DNA of 64,000 nt from Candidatus Bathyarchaeota archaeon (GTDB taxonomy: Archaea > Thermoproteota > Bathyarchaeia > Bathyarchaeales > Bathycorpusculaceae), in the NCBI GenBank assembly GCA_963767735.1, contig CAVYES010000004.1, forward strand, positions 96,001-160,000, read 5' to 3'. The notes under the pieces were generated by a model that made no database searches, was not told the DNA's origin, and saw nothing but the letters and a program-made list of their open reading frames with translations. The position numbers and the translations under genes were made by a program. Of this stretch, positions 39,861-48,870 are shown piece by piece. Position 1 is the first letter of the stretch. Each line of letters opens with the position of its first letter.

Positions 39861-40112
39861 AATAAGTCACTCTGTCACAAAAAGCACTGCCTATGTCAAT
39901 GCTAAGGTTTACTTTTTGATGGTGCGCGCTGAACCCATCTATACATAATAGCAAGTTTACTAGACTTCACAAGCTTAGTTAAGTTGACTTTGCAAAACTT
40001 AGTTAAAATTGACAATTAACGATATTGAATTTCTCAAAACTATATAATAAGTCGTGCGATAAGATGAATCAGCAAGAAACGGCAAGCGCTATTTGGAGGA
40101 AGAACGAAAAGA

Positions 40113-40334
40113 ATGCAAACTGAAGAATTAGGGTGTCTAGCAAAGAAAGTAAGAAACTCTTTGCCTAACGTGGAATCGCTTCCACTATCCACAATCTATA
40201 CCACAATCAAAGAGCAAGAGAAAACAAATATGAATTTACCAGACTTTAAGGCATTAATTTTTCATCTGACTGGCTGGGACATACCATTCCAAGTCATACG
40301 CAGACAACTTGAAATAAACCAGATAGTATGGTGA
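40113..40334 (+). CDS. Hypothetical protein (73 aa)
   Basis: GGAGGA upstream; TATA-like TATATATAA at about 40040. Confidence 0.65.
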   Translation: MQTEELGCLAKKVRNSLPNVESLPLSTIYTTIKEQEKTNMNLPDFKALIFHLTGWDIPFQVIRRQLEINQIVW

Positions 40335-40391
40335 GCGCGTGTCAGTTATGGGTTGACAGACAGTTAGACAGACTAACTGACCGCGCCGCGC
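40335..40391. mobile_element. Miniature inverted-repeat element / footprint
   Basis: GCGCG(T)GTCAGTTA ... TAACTGACCGCGC. Confidence 0.5.
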
Positions 40392-40496
40392 TTATATTTT
40401 GCGAGGGTTAATCTTTCCTATTTTGTTGTATTTTTGTGTGTTTACTCGATTCCGATACTTTCCAAGCATTAATATAGCAAGACAACGCTAGGGTAT

Positions 40497-40727
40497 TTGG
40501 GGAACGTACACTTGGATAGACTTCAAGCTGTGGCTCTCTTTAAGGAATTGGCAGCTAACGGTTTAGTTGAGCCTTCTTATGTGTCACTGTTTCAGATTGA
40601 GGCTAACGCCTTTCAAATTCAGATAAAAGGCGGTAACAAGACAGAGCTAATGGATTATGCAAAGAAATTCGGATTAACCATTGAAGAGGCTAAGGAAGGA
40701 AAATACTTAGTTATCTATAAACCCTGA
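40497..40727 (+). CDS. Hypothetical protein (76 aa)
   Basis: Open ORF followed by a T-rich terminator-like run. Confidence 0.7.
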   Translation: MGNVHLDRLQAVALFKELAANGLVEPSYVSLFQIEANAFQIQIKGGNKTELMDYAKKFGLTIEEAKEGKYLVIYKP

Positions 40728-40931
40728 CTTATTTTTTATTATTTTTTTATAAGGGGTCGCCTTTCTCATGTTTTTTACCCGCGCGCACAGTTATTCTGTG
40801 GAATACTAAATTTGAAGGTGACTATAGGGCGAAAAGTTCAAATTCAAGGTAAACCAGTTTTCTGTCTGGATAATTTTCATTATAATATTCTCTTTTGTAA
40901 TTAGAGATTTAATTCAACAGTTGGGATAGAA

Positions 40932-41114
40932 TTGCCTAAGTTAAAACAGTTCACAAGAAAGGAGCTGAAAAAATTCGATGGAAAAGAGGGAAGACCTGCT
41001 TACATCGCCTTCAAAGGACTGGTCTTTGACGTTTCAGATAGCAGACTCTGGACTGGTGGAATCCATCAAGGTCACCATTCAGCCGGAAACGAATTTGCTA
41101 AGCGCGCTTTTTAA
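40932..41114 (+). pseudogene. Cytochrome b5-like heme/steroid-binding protein, 3'-truncated
   Basis: FTRKELKKFDGKEGRPAYIAFKG.VFDVS.S.LW.GG.H.G.H.AG; ends at a GCGCGC junction before the expected second-half motif. Confidence 0.8.
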
Positions 41115-41172
41115 ATAACGTTTTAAATAATAGTTTAACTAACAAATTACCGTTAAACGAGTGCTGGTATAA

Positions 41173-41958
41173 GTGGGAAAAAGAGATTTGCAGTTTACTT
41201 CTTCGACGCAGGTTGTCATGGCTGGGTTGGTCGAGGAAGAAAAAAGAGTGTTGGTACCAGTGCAGAAATGGGATTTGCAGGTTCCCCCTTCGACGCAGGT
41301 TATCATAGCTGCTTTGAACGAGGAAGAAGGCATAGGCCCCACCATATCCGAGCTAAACAAAACATTAAAGAATTCTCGGATTTTGGTTGTTGACGGCAGA
41401 AGTACAGATCGAACCGTTGAGATTGCCAAGAATATGGGTGCTGACGTTGTTGTCCAAGATGGGTTAGGTAAGGGTGACGCGTTAGCGAAGGCGATTAAGC
41501 ACTCGGATTTAACTGTTGATTATGTGGTCATTACAGATGCAGACTATACGTATCCCGCTGAACACGTTCCTCGGATGATCCAGATACTTGAGAAGAATCC
41601 TGATGTGGGTATGGTTTGCGGTAACCGTTTCAGTGGTTACTTAGACCTGAAAGGGTTGAATTACTTTTTTTATCTTGGCAATAGATTCATAGCTTTTACT
41701 CAAAACTATCTAAACGGCGTCTGGTTAGCCGATCCGTTAACAGGGTTGCGTGTGATGCGCGCGGAAATTCTTAGACACTGGAGGGTGAAATCCAAAGGCT
41801 TTGATGTCGAGGTGGAGCTTAATCATCACGTGAAGCGAGAGGGTTTCGGCATCGCGGAAGTTCCCATTAAATACCGCGAAAGATTAGGCGAGAAGAAACT
41901 AGGCGTTAGACATGGCGCCGAAATTTTGAGGCGTATAATGTTAGAAGCAACATATTAA
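41173..41958 (+). CDS. GT2 glycosyltransferase (DPM1-like), copy A with an N-terminal tandem duplication
   Basis: AALNEE, VVDGRSTDRT, GKGDA, TDADYTY, D.LTGLR and F..EVE motifs. Confidence 0.93.
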   Translation: MGKRDLQFTSSTQVVMAGLVEEEKRVLVPVQKWDLQVPPSTQVIIAALNEEEGIGPTISELNKTLKNSRILVVDGRSTDRTVEIAKNMGADVVVQDGLGKGDALAKAIKHSDLTVDYVVITDADYTYPAEHVPRMIQILEKNPDVGMVCGNRFSGYLDLKGLNYFFYLGNRFIAFTQNYLNGVWLADPLTGLRVMRAEILRHWRVKSKGFDVEVELNHHVKREGFGIAEVPIKYRERLGEKKLGVRHGAEILRRIMLEATY

Positions 41959-42013
41959 ACGCGGCGCGATTTAAATGCCATTAATCGCATTACAGTTTGT
42001 GAGGCACAAGATA

Positions 42014-42277
42014 ATGGCAAAAGAGAAAAAGCGTCAAGTCTGCTTCCGAATCGAAGACTCAATCGTGAATGAAATGGAGAACATAAGAGATAAGACCGGG
42101 GTCCCCGTCAGCACTCAAATCGAACTCCGCCTAAAAGGTTTCACTATAACCAGCGTTAAAAAAGAAGGCACCCCGCAAGGAATTTTGCAGTGGTATGAAA
42201 GCTTTCACCAAGACGAAAACTACGCAAAAAACCTTGACGAAGCAGTCAATAGAATGCGGGAGCTGAAACTTCACTAA
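42014..42277 (+). CDS. Ribbon-helix-helix-like antitoxin
   Basis: QVCFRIEDSI..EME...KTGVPVS; TAATG overlap with the PIN gene. Confidence 0.7.
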   Translation: MAKEKKRQVCFRIEDSIVNEMENIRDKTGVPVSTQIELRLKGFTITSVKKEGTPQGILQWYESFHQDENYAKNLDEAVNRMRELKLH

Positions 42278-42662
42278 TGGTTTGTTTAGACACAACTTTT
42301 TTCGCAGATCTTTTTCGAAAAAACCCCGCTGCAGAAAAGAAACTCTACGAGCTCGCAAATGAGACTGAAATTGTTTCAACAACTGTTATGACAATTGCGG
42401 AGCCTACAAATCTCAGAATGTGAGTGATGAAATGAGAAATGTAGCAGCGGTTCTCAGCAGTTTTGTAATCTTGGAAATGAACGAAGAAGGCGCAAAAATG
42501 TTCGGAGAAATTCTGAGCACACTGGAAAAAAAGGGCCAAACAATCCCTGACAGAGACATCCTTATCGGAGCTATTTCTTTGTCAAAAGGGGAAGAAACAA
42601 TAATCACTAGAAATGGAAAAGACTTCGCCAGAATCCCGGGACTTAAAGTCATAACATACTGA
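42277..42662 (+). pseudogene. vapC: PIN/VapC toxin with an internal frameshifting deletion near 42400
   Basis: MVCLDTTFFAD...TIAE | AYKS...DILIGAI...IITRNGKDFARIPGL. Confidence 0.8.
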
Positions 42663-42723
42663 CCACAAAGACAACCACCCGCAACTTTAAAAAAGGATTA
42701 CATTGAATCGAGGTAAGCAGCGA

Positions 42724-42885
42724 ATGAAGCTTGAAGGTTACAGGCTTGTTTTTGTTGTCGTGGGCTTGATTGGCGTTTTGCTTATCGCATCTCCAGAAAT
42801 TGCTGGTGCTATTCCTCGTCTTCCCGCTGAGTCACAGTTTTCTGAGCTTTATCTCTTAGGTCCAAACCAGATGGCTGCGAATTAT
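42724..42885 (+). pseudogene. DUF1616-like protein, N-terminal fragment
   Basis: TM helix + QFSELYLLGPNQMAANY, then runs into the antisense PIN gene. Confidence 0.7.
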
Positions 42886-43236
42886 GGCGTTTGTTTTTTG
42901 TGCGGCTGCTATGAACAATGCGTCATATACCGTTATGTTTTGGGTTACAGCAATGTGCATTGCTTCATCTTTTAATTCTCTTGTCGGGGTGATTGTTAAT
43001 CCGTCATATAGTTTTGTGATATCTTCGAGCGCCAAACTCGCTTCTTCCGGATTGAGGTCTTTAAGTAAATTTGTGTGCTTCCAGATGACGTTTAGACATT
43101 CAACTAACGCTATATCCACTGTGCAAAGAGTGTATCCTTTCTTTAGAAAGTCAGTGACTTCATTTCTATCTTCTTTAGAATCAGGTTCGTTCAATAATAG
43201 TTTCGAGAGAATATTAGAGTCGAGGATAAGTTCTAT
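42856..43236 (-). pseudogene. vapC: PIN/VapC toxin, probable ATA start, C-terminus truncated
   Basis: IELILDSN...ALVECLNVIWK...ITVYDALFIAAA; lacks the final T.D motif. Confidence 0.8.
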
Positions 43237-43451
43237 CGCTCTCGATCATCTCTAATAAGAATAGTTGAGTCTGTTTTTGTTTTTCTATTTTCAGCTCTTG
43301 TCTCCATCTGCTGTATCGTTTTTACAAGTTCAATTTGCTTGACTCTTTCTTCAAGGAAATTTCTGATTTCCTGGCTCCATTTTTCTTCTGGGTTTTTTTC
43401 CATTTTCTCTTTAAGATCACGGGGTATGCGTACGGTATACGTTGAGGACAT
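43233..43451 (-). CDS. vapB: CopG/RHH antitoxin
   Basis: STYTVRIPRDLKEKME...WSQEIR...IRDDRER. Confidence 0.85.
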   Translation of the reverse strand: MSSTYTVRIPRDLKEKMEKNPEEKWSQEIRNFLEERVKQIELVKTIQQMETRAENRKTKTDSTILIRDDRER

Positions 43452-43634
43452 AACTAATCGCCTATACCATTACTACCCTATTATGTTCAGGAAAATAAAA
43501 AACATTCTTGTCTTACAAATCAGTGTACAGTGTGCGCATCTTTTGTTTTTGATATGTTACGGTTTAGGAAATATGGCTTATAGGCTTCTCGTCCATGCAT
43601 TATTTACTGCTTGTAGCGATAGGAGAAGGGTAGC

Positions 43635-43898
43635 GTGCGGAAACGTGGTTGGGGAACTATTTCTATAGATCTCTTGGAGGCGACTTTGACTCCTCAGAAA
43701 AAGATGCGAATAATGTATAGGACTAATTTGAATTATGTGCGTTTCAACAAATACTTTTGTGATTTCCTGAAGAAAGGTTTCATCGAGGAGACTGATGATC
43801 CTGACGGAAAGGTGTGCTACCGCATTTCTCAGCGAGGCAAGACTCTGTTGGCGGTACTTAAGAAAGCGAATGAACTTGCTTTAACCGATGAACTGTGA
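43635..43898 (+). CDS. Winged-HTH regulator (HTH_45 type)
   Basis: KMRIMYRTNLNY, L.KGFI and YRISQRG motifs. Confidence 0.88.
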   Translation: MRKRGWGTISIDLLEATLTPQKKMRIMYRTNLNYVRFNKYFCDFLKKGFIEETDDPDGKVCYRISQRGKTLLAVLKKANELALTDEL

Positions 43899-43986
43899 CA
43901 TACTCCCATCAATTGGTGCGGCGTAAAACGCATTCATCTACGAAGTCATTGCAGGCTTGAATAAATAAAACCGAACTTTGCCATTC

Positions 43987-44232
43987 TTAATAATCTTTGT
44001 GATAAGGTGCTGCGTTATGCTGTTTGGGTGTGGTTGCATACTTCTGTTCTGGTGTTGGCACGAAGAAGACTAGTTCTTTTTGAGCAGACAGTTTTGGTGT
44101 TGCTGTTGTTTTTCTTTTGGATCCTGCCCAGTAAAGGCTCCAGCCAATCGCCCAAAGAATGACGAATATTGGCATTAGCAGGAAGACTCGTGCTCTTCCT
44201 CTTCGATGTTGAGTCTGTGACGCATATTGCAT
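43987..44232 (-). CDS. Small single-TM protein, P-x7/8-GWxLY family
   Basis: LLMPIFVILWAIGWSLYWAG. Confidence 0.8.
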   Translation of the reverse strand: MQYASQTQHRRGRARVFLLMPIFVILWAIGWSLYWAGSKRKTTATPKLSAQKELVFFVPTPEQKYATTPKQHNAAPYHKDY

Positions 44233-44738
44233 TTCTATTCATACCTTACAAGGTACAACGGTTTTTCTGCCTCTTTCCGTCTTCTTTGCCAAGCTATGAC
44301 CCTTGCGTTATTGATATCCATAGCCATTTTCGAGCGTGCGCGCCCTATTCGTCGTCTTTCTTGAATAGTGAGATAGAGTTCATCGTCGTCAAGGAGTTTT
44401 TCATATTTCTTAGCTTGATAACTCGTTTTCTCACCTCCTGAGGAAGTAAACTGTGCTTTTTTTAGACGCTATTCTTTGTTGCATTTCGGAAAGATTTTTT
44501 GAAACTTCCTCCATGTGATACCCTCAAGCCAGCGAATCTTGCTTTTAGGGAGAGATATATAGGTTGGGCGGGCATAATTTTTAGCAAGATTCGCTGCTTG
44601 CCATAAGTATTGATTTTAATTACTTATTAGCTCTATGAATTTGAAATTCATGTTTTTGGCTAAAATGAAACTGGGGCAACTTCTGGTTGGATTTTACTGA
44701 TGTTGCTGATCTGAGTGGATTGAATTTTGACGGTTTTT

Positions 44739-44975
44739 TCATGCTGGGTGAACGTGTGTTTCCGGGGGTTCGGTTTCGTCTGGGAGAAGGTTTTGCCATT
44801 CAGGTTCGATTTTGATTCTGTGGGCTTTATCTTCGTAGGCGATGATGCCGTGTTTGGATAGGAACTGTAGGAATTCGGTCAGCTTGTCGGTTTGCACTTG
44901 GATTTGATCAGATATGTCGGTTAAGTCATGCCATTCTCCGTCTTTGAGGATGGCGAAGAATTTTTCAATCGTCAA
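44739..44975 (-). CDS. Small winged-HTH-like protein
   Basis: LKDGEWHDL.DIS......KL..FL.FL...GII pattern. Confidence 0.75.
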   Translation of the reverse strand: MTIEKFFAILKDGEWHDLTDISDQIQVQTDKLTEFLQFLSKHGIIAYEDKAHRIKIEPEWQNLLPDETEPPETHVHPA

Positions 44976-45107
44976 GATTTTTCCCTGCTCAATATCAGTG
45001 AAAGCGCATTTAAATCTGGCAGAACATATGATAGAGGCTTAACCTGATTTATTTTCTGTATTTTTCGATGCTGTTTTTATGGAAGAAACTGGTGAATGAA
45101 TAGTACT

Positions 45108-45170
45108 TTTGGGCTGTACTTGTGGAGTCTGCCCTTTGGACTATGCTCTTTGGGCTCTACTTACTGGTCC
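45108..45170. promoter_or_regulatory. Five about 14-bp tandem repeats upstream of a TATA box
   Basis: TGG cores at 45110, 45123, 45137, 45151 and 45165 (TTTGGGCTNTACTT-like); TTATAAA at about 45178. Confidence 0.5.
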
Positions 45171-45261
45171 ACATGTCTTATAAAACTTGAATGATATGTT
45201 CTAGATTAATGAAGGCAGGGTTTTTAGTACGTTCTGCTCCGGGGCACGGGGAGATGAGATA

Positions 45262-45657
45262 GTGGTAACGAAGTCGGATGAAGCTCCAAGGGTTAATGCA
45301 GAGGAAGTTAAGGAGGAGTGGAGGTTACTTTGGCGGCGACGTATCGACGATAAGGTTCGGGCAGAAGGCATGGCGGATCAGAGTTTTTCGTTGTTGGCTG
45401 TGGAGAGGGGCACCGTGATTGCGGCCACAAGAGATTTTAAAGCGTTAAATTTGAAGGAGATTTTGCGTTTCTACAATGTTCAGAATGTTGATCGGGTTAT
45501 TGGTCCGCATCCTTCGGATGGTGGATGGACAAAGTTTGCTAAAACAGTGTTGAACAAGCAGACCCGTACTCAGAAATTTAGAGCTGAATCGCGGCCTGAG
45601 CGCCGTAGGAAGAATGCACAGCTTAAGAAGGGCGGCAAAGGTTGGCTGCATCTGTGA
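45262..45657 (+). CDS. Hypothetical protein (131 aa)
   Basis: Open ORF with Trp/Arg-rich conserved-looking segments. Confidence 0.75.
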   Translation: MVTKSDEAPRVNAEEVKEEWRLLWRRRIDDKVRAEGMADQSFSLLAVERGTVIAATRDFKALNLKEILRFYNVQNVDRVIGPHPSDGGWTKFAKTVLNKQTRTQKFRAESRPERRRKNAQLKKGGKGWLHL

Positions 45658-45763
45658 GAAAATAAACCGCTATTTTCGGAAGAATTTCTTGTCTCTGTTG
45701 GTTTTGTTTTTAGTTTAGCATGATAGGTTGAGGTGTTGGGTTCTGTCTTTGAAAAATGGAAGA

Positions 45764-46123
45764 ATGATGAATAAGAATCGGCGTAGTTTGGACATTGTGC
45801 GAGAAGTGCTTTCTATCGTGTCGGTTAGGGTCCGGAAGACTAAAATCATGTATAGGGCTAATTTGAGTTTTGTTCAAGTGGAAAAGTATTTGACGGTTCT
45901 TCTGGGCAACGGTCTTTTGAAACACGATGGTGATTCTGGTTATTTAATTACCGAGAGGGGGAAGGAGTTTCTTCAGCTCTACGAGGATTATCTAGAGCGA
46001 TCTACGCATTTAAGGGAGGAAGTCGAGACGAACACGAGGGATAGGCTGCTGCTTGAGAACATGTGTTTCAGCAATAAAAGTGAGGCTAATCAAATGGGAA
46101 TTGGAAAAGACGATCACAAGTGA
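45764..46123 (+). CDS. Winged-HTH regulator (HTH_45 type)
   Basis: RRSLDIV..VL, KTKIMYRANLS and YLITERG motifs. Confidence 0.88.
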   Translation: MMNKNRRSLDIVREVLSIVSVRVRKTKIMYRANLSFVQVEKYLTVLLGNGLLKHDGDSGYLITERGKEFLQLYEDYLERSTHLREEVETNTRDRLLLENMCFSNKSEANQMGIGKDDHK

Positions 46124-46196
46124 AATTAAAGCTGAATGATCTTTTCCGTGTCTTTTTGCATTATAATCGACGTGTCAACGTTGCAGGTGTGGAATT

Positions 46197-46547
46197 GTGT
46201 CTAAACTCAGAAATTTAAGGAATAATATTCGCAGTTACACTTGGAAGCGGCTGGTTTGGAGCCTCGTTATCGTAGCTTTGTCCCTTGGAGTGATAAGTGC
46301 TGGAGCCAAATTTGCCGCGTTTTGGAATCACTGGGTGTATTTTCCGTGGTGGCCTAACATTGCTGATAGTACGCTCTTAATCGTTGTGGGCGTCTGCCTG
46401 CTTGCGTACATGCTGCGAGATTTGACGAAGGATGAGACTCGCGCTAATCCGCAGTTGGCGTGTCAGCGCCGAGACCCAATTGAGGAGGCGAAAAAAATAG
46501 CAGAAAAAAAGAAAGGAGAAATGACAAAACAAGAAACATTAGGATGA
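46197..46547 (+). CDS. Two-TM membrane protein
   Basis: Two hydrophobic helices; ATGA overlap with the next gene. Confidence 0.65.
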   Translation: MSKLRNLRNNIRSYTWKRLVWSLVIVALSLGVISAGAKFAAFWNHWVYFPWWPNIADSTLLIVVGVCLLAYMLRDLTKDETRANPQLACQRRDPIEEAKKIAEKKKGEMTKQETLG

Positions 46548-48544
46548 AAAATATGAAGAAACTACAAATCCTAATAATCGCATTTCTAATTTCGTTATCA
46601 ATCTGCGCATACACGGGTATGCAAGCCAGAGCTCAAACAGTCACTTTGTCTAAATTTGTCTTCAGCACTATTAGCAGTCCACAAACCGCAGGTTCTGCTT
46701 TCAGCATAACGATAACAGCTGAAGCTTCAAACGGCAAAACGGTTACGAGTTATACTGGAACTAACACTTTAACGGTGTCTTCAGGAACGATTAGCCCAAC
46801 AAGCACAACCGCATTCACATCAGGAGTTTGGACTGGTCCAGTGACGCTCTCTCAAGCGGGAACCGGCATTTCAATCTCAACCAGTGGCGGCGGTAAATCT
46901 GGAACAAGCAACACCTTCACTGTTAATCCGGCCGCTCTTGACCACTTCGTCTTTAACACTATCAGCAGTCCACAAACCGCAGGTACAGCTTTCAGCATAA
47001 CGATAACAGCTAAAGATTCTTCCGGCAACACAGTTACAAGCTATACTGGAACTAACACTTTGAGTGTTTCAACCGGAACTATTAGTCCAACAAGCACTGG
47101 TGTCTTCTCGAGTGGTGTTTGGACTGGGTCAGTGAAAGTGACTGGTGCTGGTTCAGGCGTTAGGCTTTCAACGTCTGGTTCTGGCAAGTCTGGAACGAGT
47201 GGCAGCTTCACGGTAAATCCTGGTGTTCTCGACCACTTCACTTTTAGTACTATTAGTGGTTCTCAGACTGCTGGTACACCGTTTAGCATAACGGTTAATG
47301 CTGAGGACACTTCTGGGAACACGGTTACGAGTTATAGTGGTTCGCCGACTTTGAGTGTTTCAACCGGAACTATTAGTCCAACAAGCACTGGTGTCTTCTC
47401 GAGTGGTGTTTGGACCGGTAATGTTACGATGACTGCTGCTGGTTCAGGCGTTACTATTACGGTTACTGATGGCGCTCATTCCGGCACGAGTAACTCGTTT
47501 ACGGTGAATCCTACTATTTCCGCTTCCGCTGGTGCTGGTGGTTCTATCAGTCCGACTGGAAGTGTTAGCGTCAACTATGGCGGCAGTCAAGGCTTCACTA
47601 TAGCGGCGAGTGCTGGCTACCAAATTGCCGATGTCGTTGCGGATAACGTTTCTCTGGGTGCCCTTTCATCTTACACCTTCACCGGTGTCCAAGCTTCTCA
47701 CACAATTGCGGCTGACTTTGCGATTAACACGTTCAATATTTCTGCTTCTGCTGGAGCCGGCGGTTCTATCAGCCCAAATGGGTTTGTAAGCGTTAACTAC
47801 GGTGGCAATCAAACTTTCACTATAACACCGAACACTGGCTATAACATAGTTGATGTTTCAGTGTATGGGGCTTCAGTTGGCGCTGTTAGCTCCTACACAT
47901 TCAAAAATGTTCAGGCTGCAAATACCATCTTGGCAACGTTTGCACCCACACCGACGCCATCACCATTACCAACCGCTACTCCGCCCCCTGCACCAACACC
48001 AACTCCAACGCATACACCTACAAGTACTCCTACTCCTACGTCATCACCTACTCCAACTCCGTTTGCAACAACTGTGCCAGCAACGACAGATACTGGCGCA
48101 ACAGTTGACCTTGCACTCTGCGGAAACATAACCAGCTCACAGATATTCCACGCCACAATCGCGTCATACCAACCCACCGCAACAACCACAGTGTCCTTCA
48201 CAATGATAGGGCCGAGCGGAACTGTTGGCTTTGGCAACATGACTATTCCAAAAACATCAATATCCTACGGGACAAGCCCAGTTGTAAACATAGATGGCCA
48301 ACAGGCTTCAAACCAGGGTTACACCCAAGATGCCAATAACTTCTACGTATGGTATACAACGAGTTTCGACACAAATCTCGCAGGGCAAGGTTCACAGGTG
48401 ACAGTACAATTCTTAGTACCTTCAAAGTTGCCAGCAACATCAATAGGCTCTGTACTCGTCGTCGGCATAGCCGTAATCGAAATCATTTCGGTCTTCACAG
48501 TAATAGCCGTTAGACGTTTAAGACGAAAACCTGACAACGCGTAA
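46544..48544 (+). CDS. Surface protein, 3 Ig-like repeats + 2 InlB-B-like repeats + PT linker + anchor; paralog of 21571-24663
   Basis: Near-identical signal peptide, repeats and C-terminal domain. Confidence 0.9.
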   Translation: MKNMKKLQILIIAFLISLSICAYTGMQARAQTVTLSKFVFSTISSPQTAGSAFSITITAEASNGKTVTSYTGTNTLTVSSGTISPTSTTAFTSGVWTGPVTLSQAGTGISISTSGGGKSGTSNTFTVNPAALDHFVFNTISSPQTAGTAFSITITAKDSSGNTVTSYTGTNTLSVSTGTISPTSTGVFSSGVWTGSVKVTGAGSGVRLSTSGSGKSGTSGSFTVNPGVLDHFTFSTISGSQTAGTPFSITVNAEDTSGNTVTSYSGSPTLSVSTGTISPTSTGVFSSGVWTGNVTMTAAGSGVTITVTDGAHSGTSNSFTVNPTISASAGAGGSISPTGSVSVNYGGSQGFTIAASAGYQIADVVADNVSLGALSSYTFTGVQASHTIAADFAINTFNISASAGAGGSISPNGFVSVNYGGNQTFTITPNTGYNIVDVSVYGASVGAVSSYTFKNVQAANTILATFAPTPTPSPLPTATPPPAPTPTPTHTPTSTPTPTSSPTPTPFATTVPATTDTGATVDLALCGNITSSQIFHATIASYQPTATTTVSFTMIGPSGTVGFGNMTIPKTSISYGTSPVVNIDGQQASNQGYTQDANNFYVWYTTSFDTNLAGQGSQVTVQFLVPSKLPATSIGSVLVVGIAVIEIISVFTVIAVRRLRRKPDNA

Positions 48545-48870
48545 CCAAACCCTGAAAGTTTATGTTTATACGGTTTGTTTTTGCCGGAAGGTGTGTGCTT
48601 AAAGCGTTTGGGTCTCAGATTTAACTCGCAGCTTTCCGATATTGTTCTTTAGAAGAAAATGTTAAGCGCGCAAATCTTTTTTCTTTTTATTTTGCAATGA
48701 TGATTTTAATTGATTTATGATGGCTTTTATTTTGGAGCCTTTGCTGTTCTTCTTATGGTTATCTTGCGTCATGTAGTTCCTCTATGAGGGTGAGAGGATC
48801 TTGCAATGGTTTAGTTGTTCAAGAGAGTGCTCTGAGAAATAGTTAGTTAAAAGATTTCTGTGGGCGTTGG

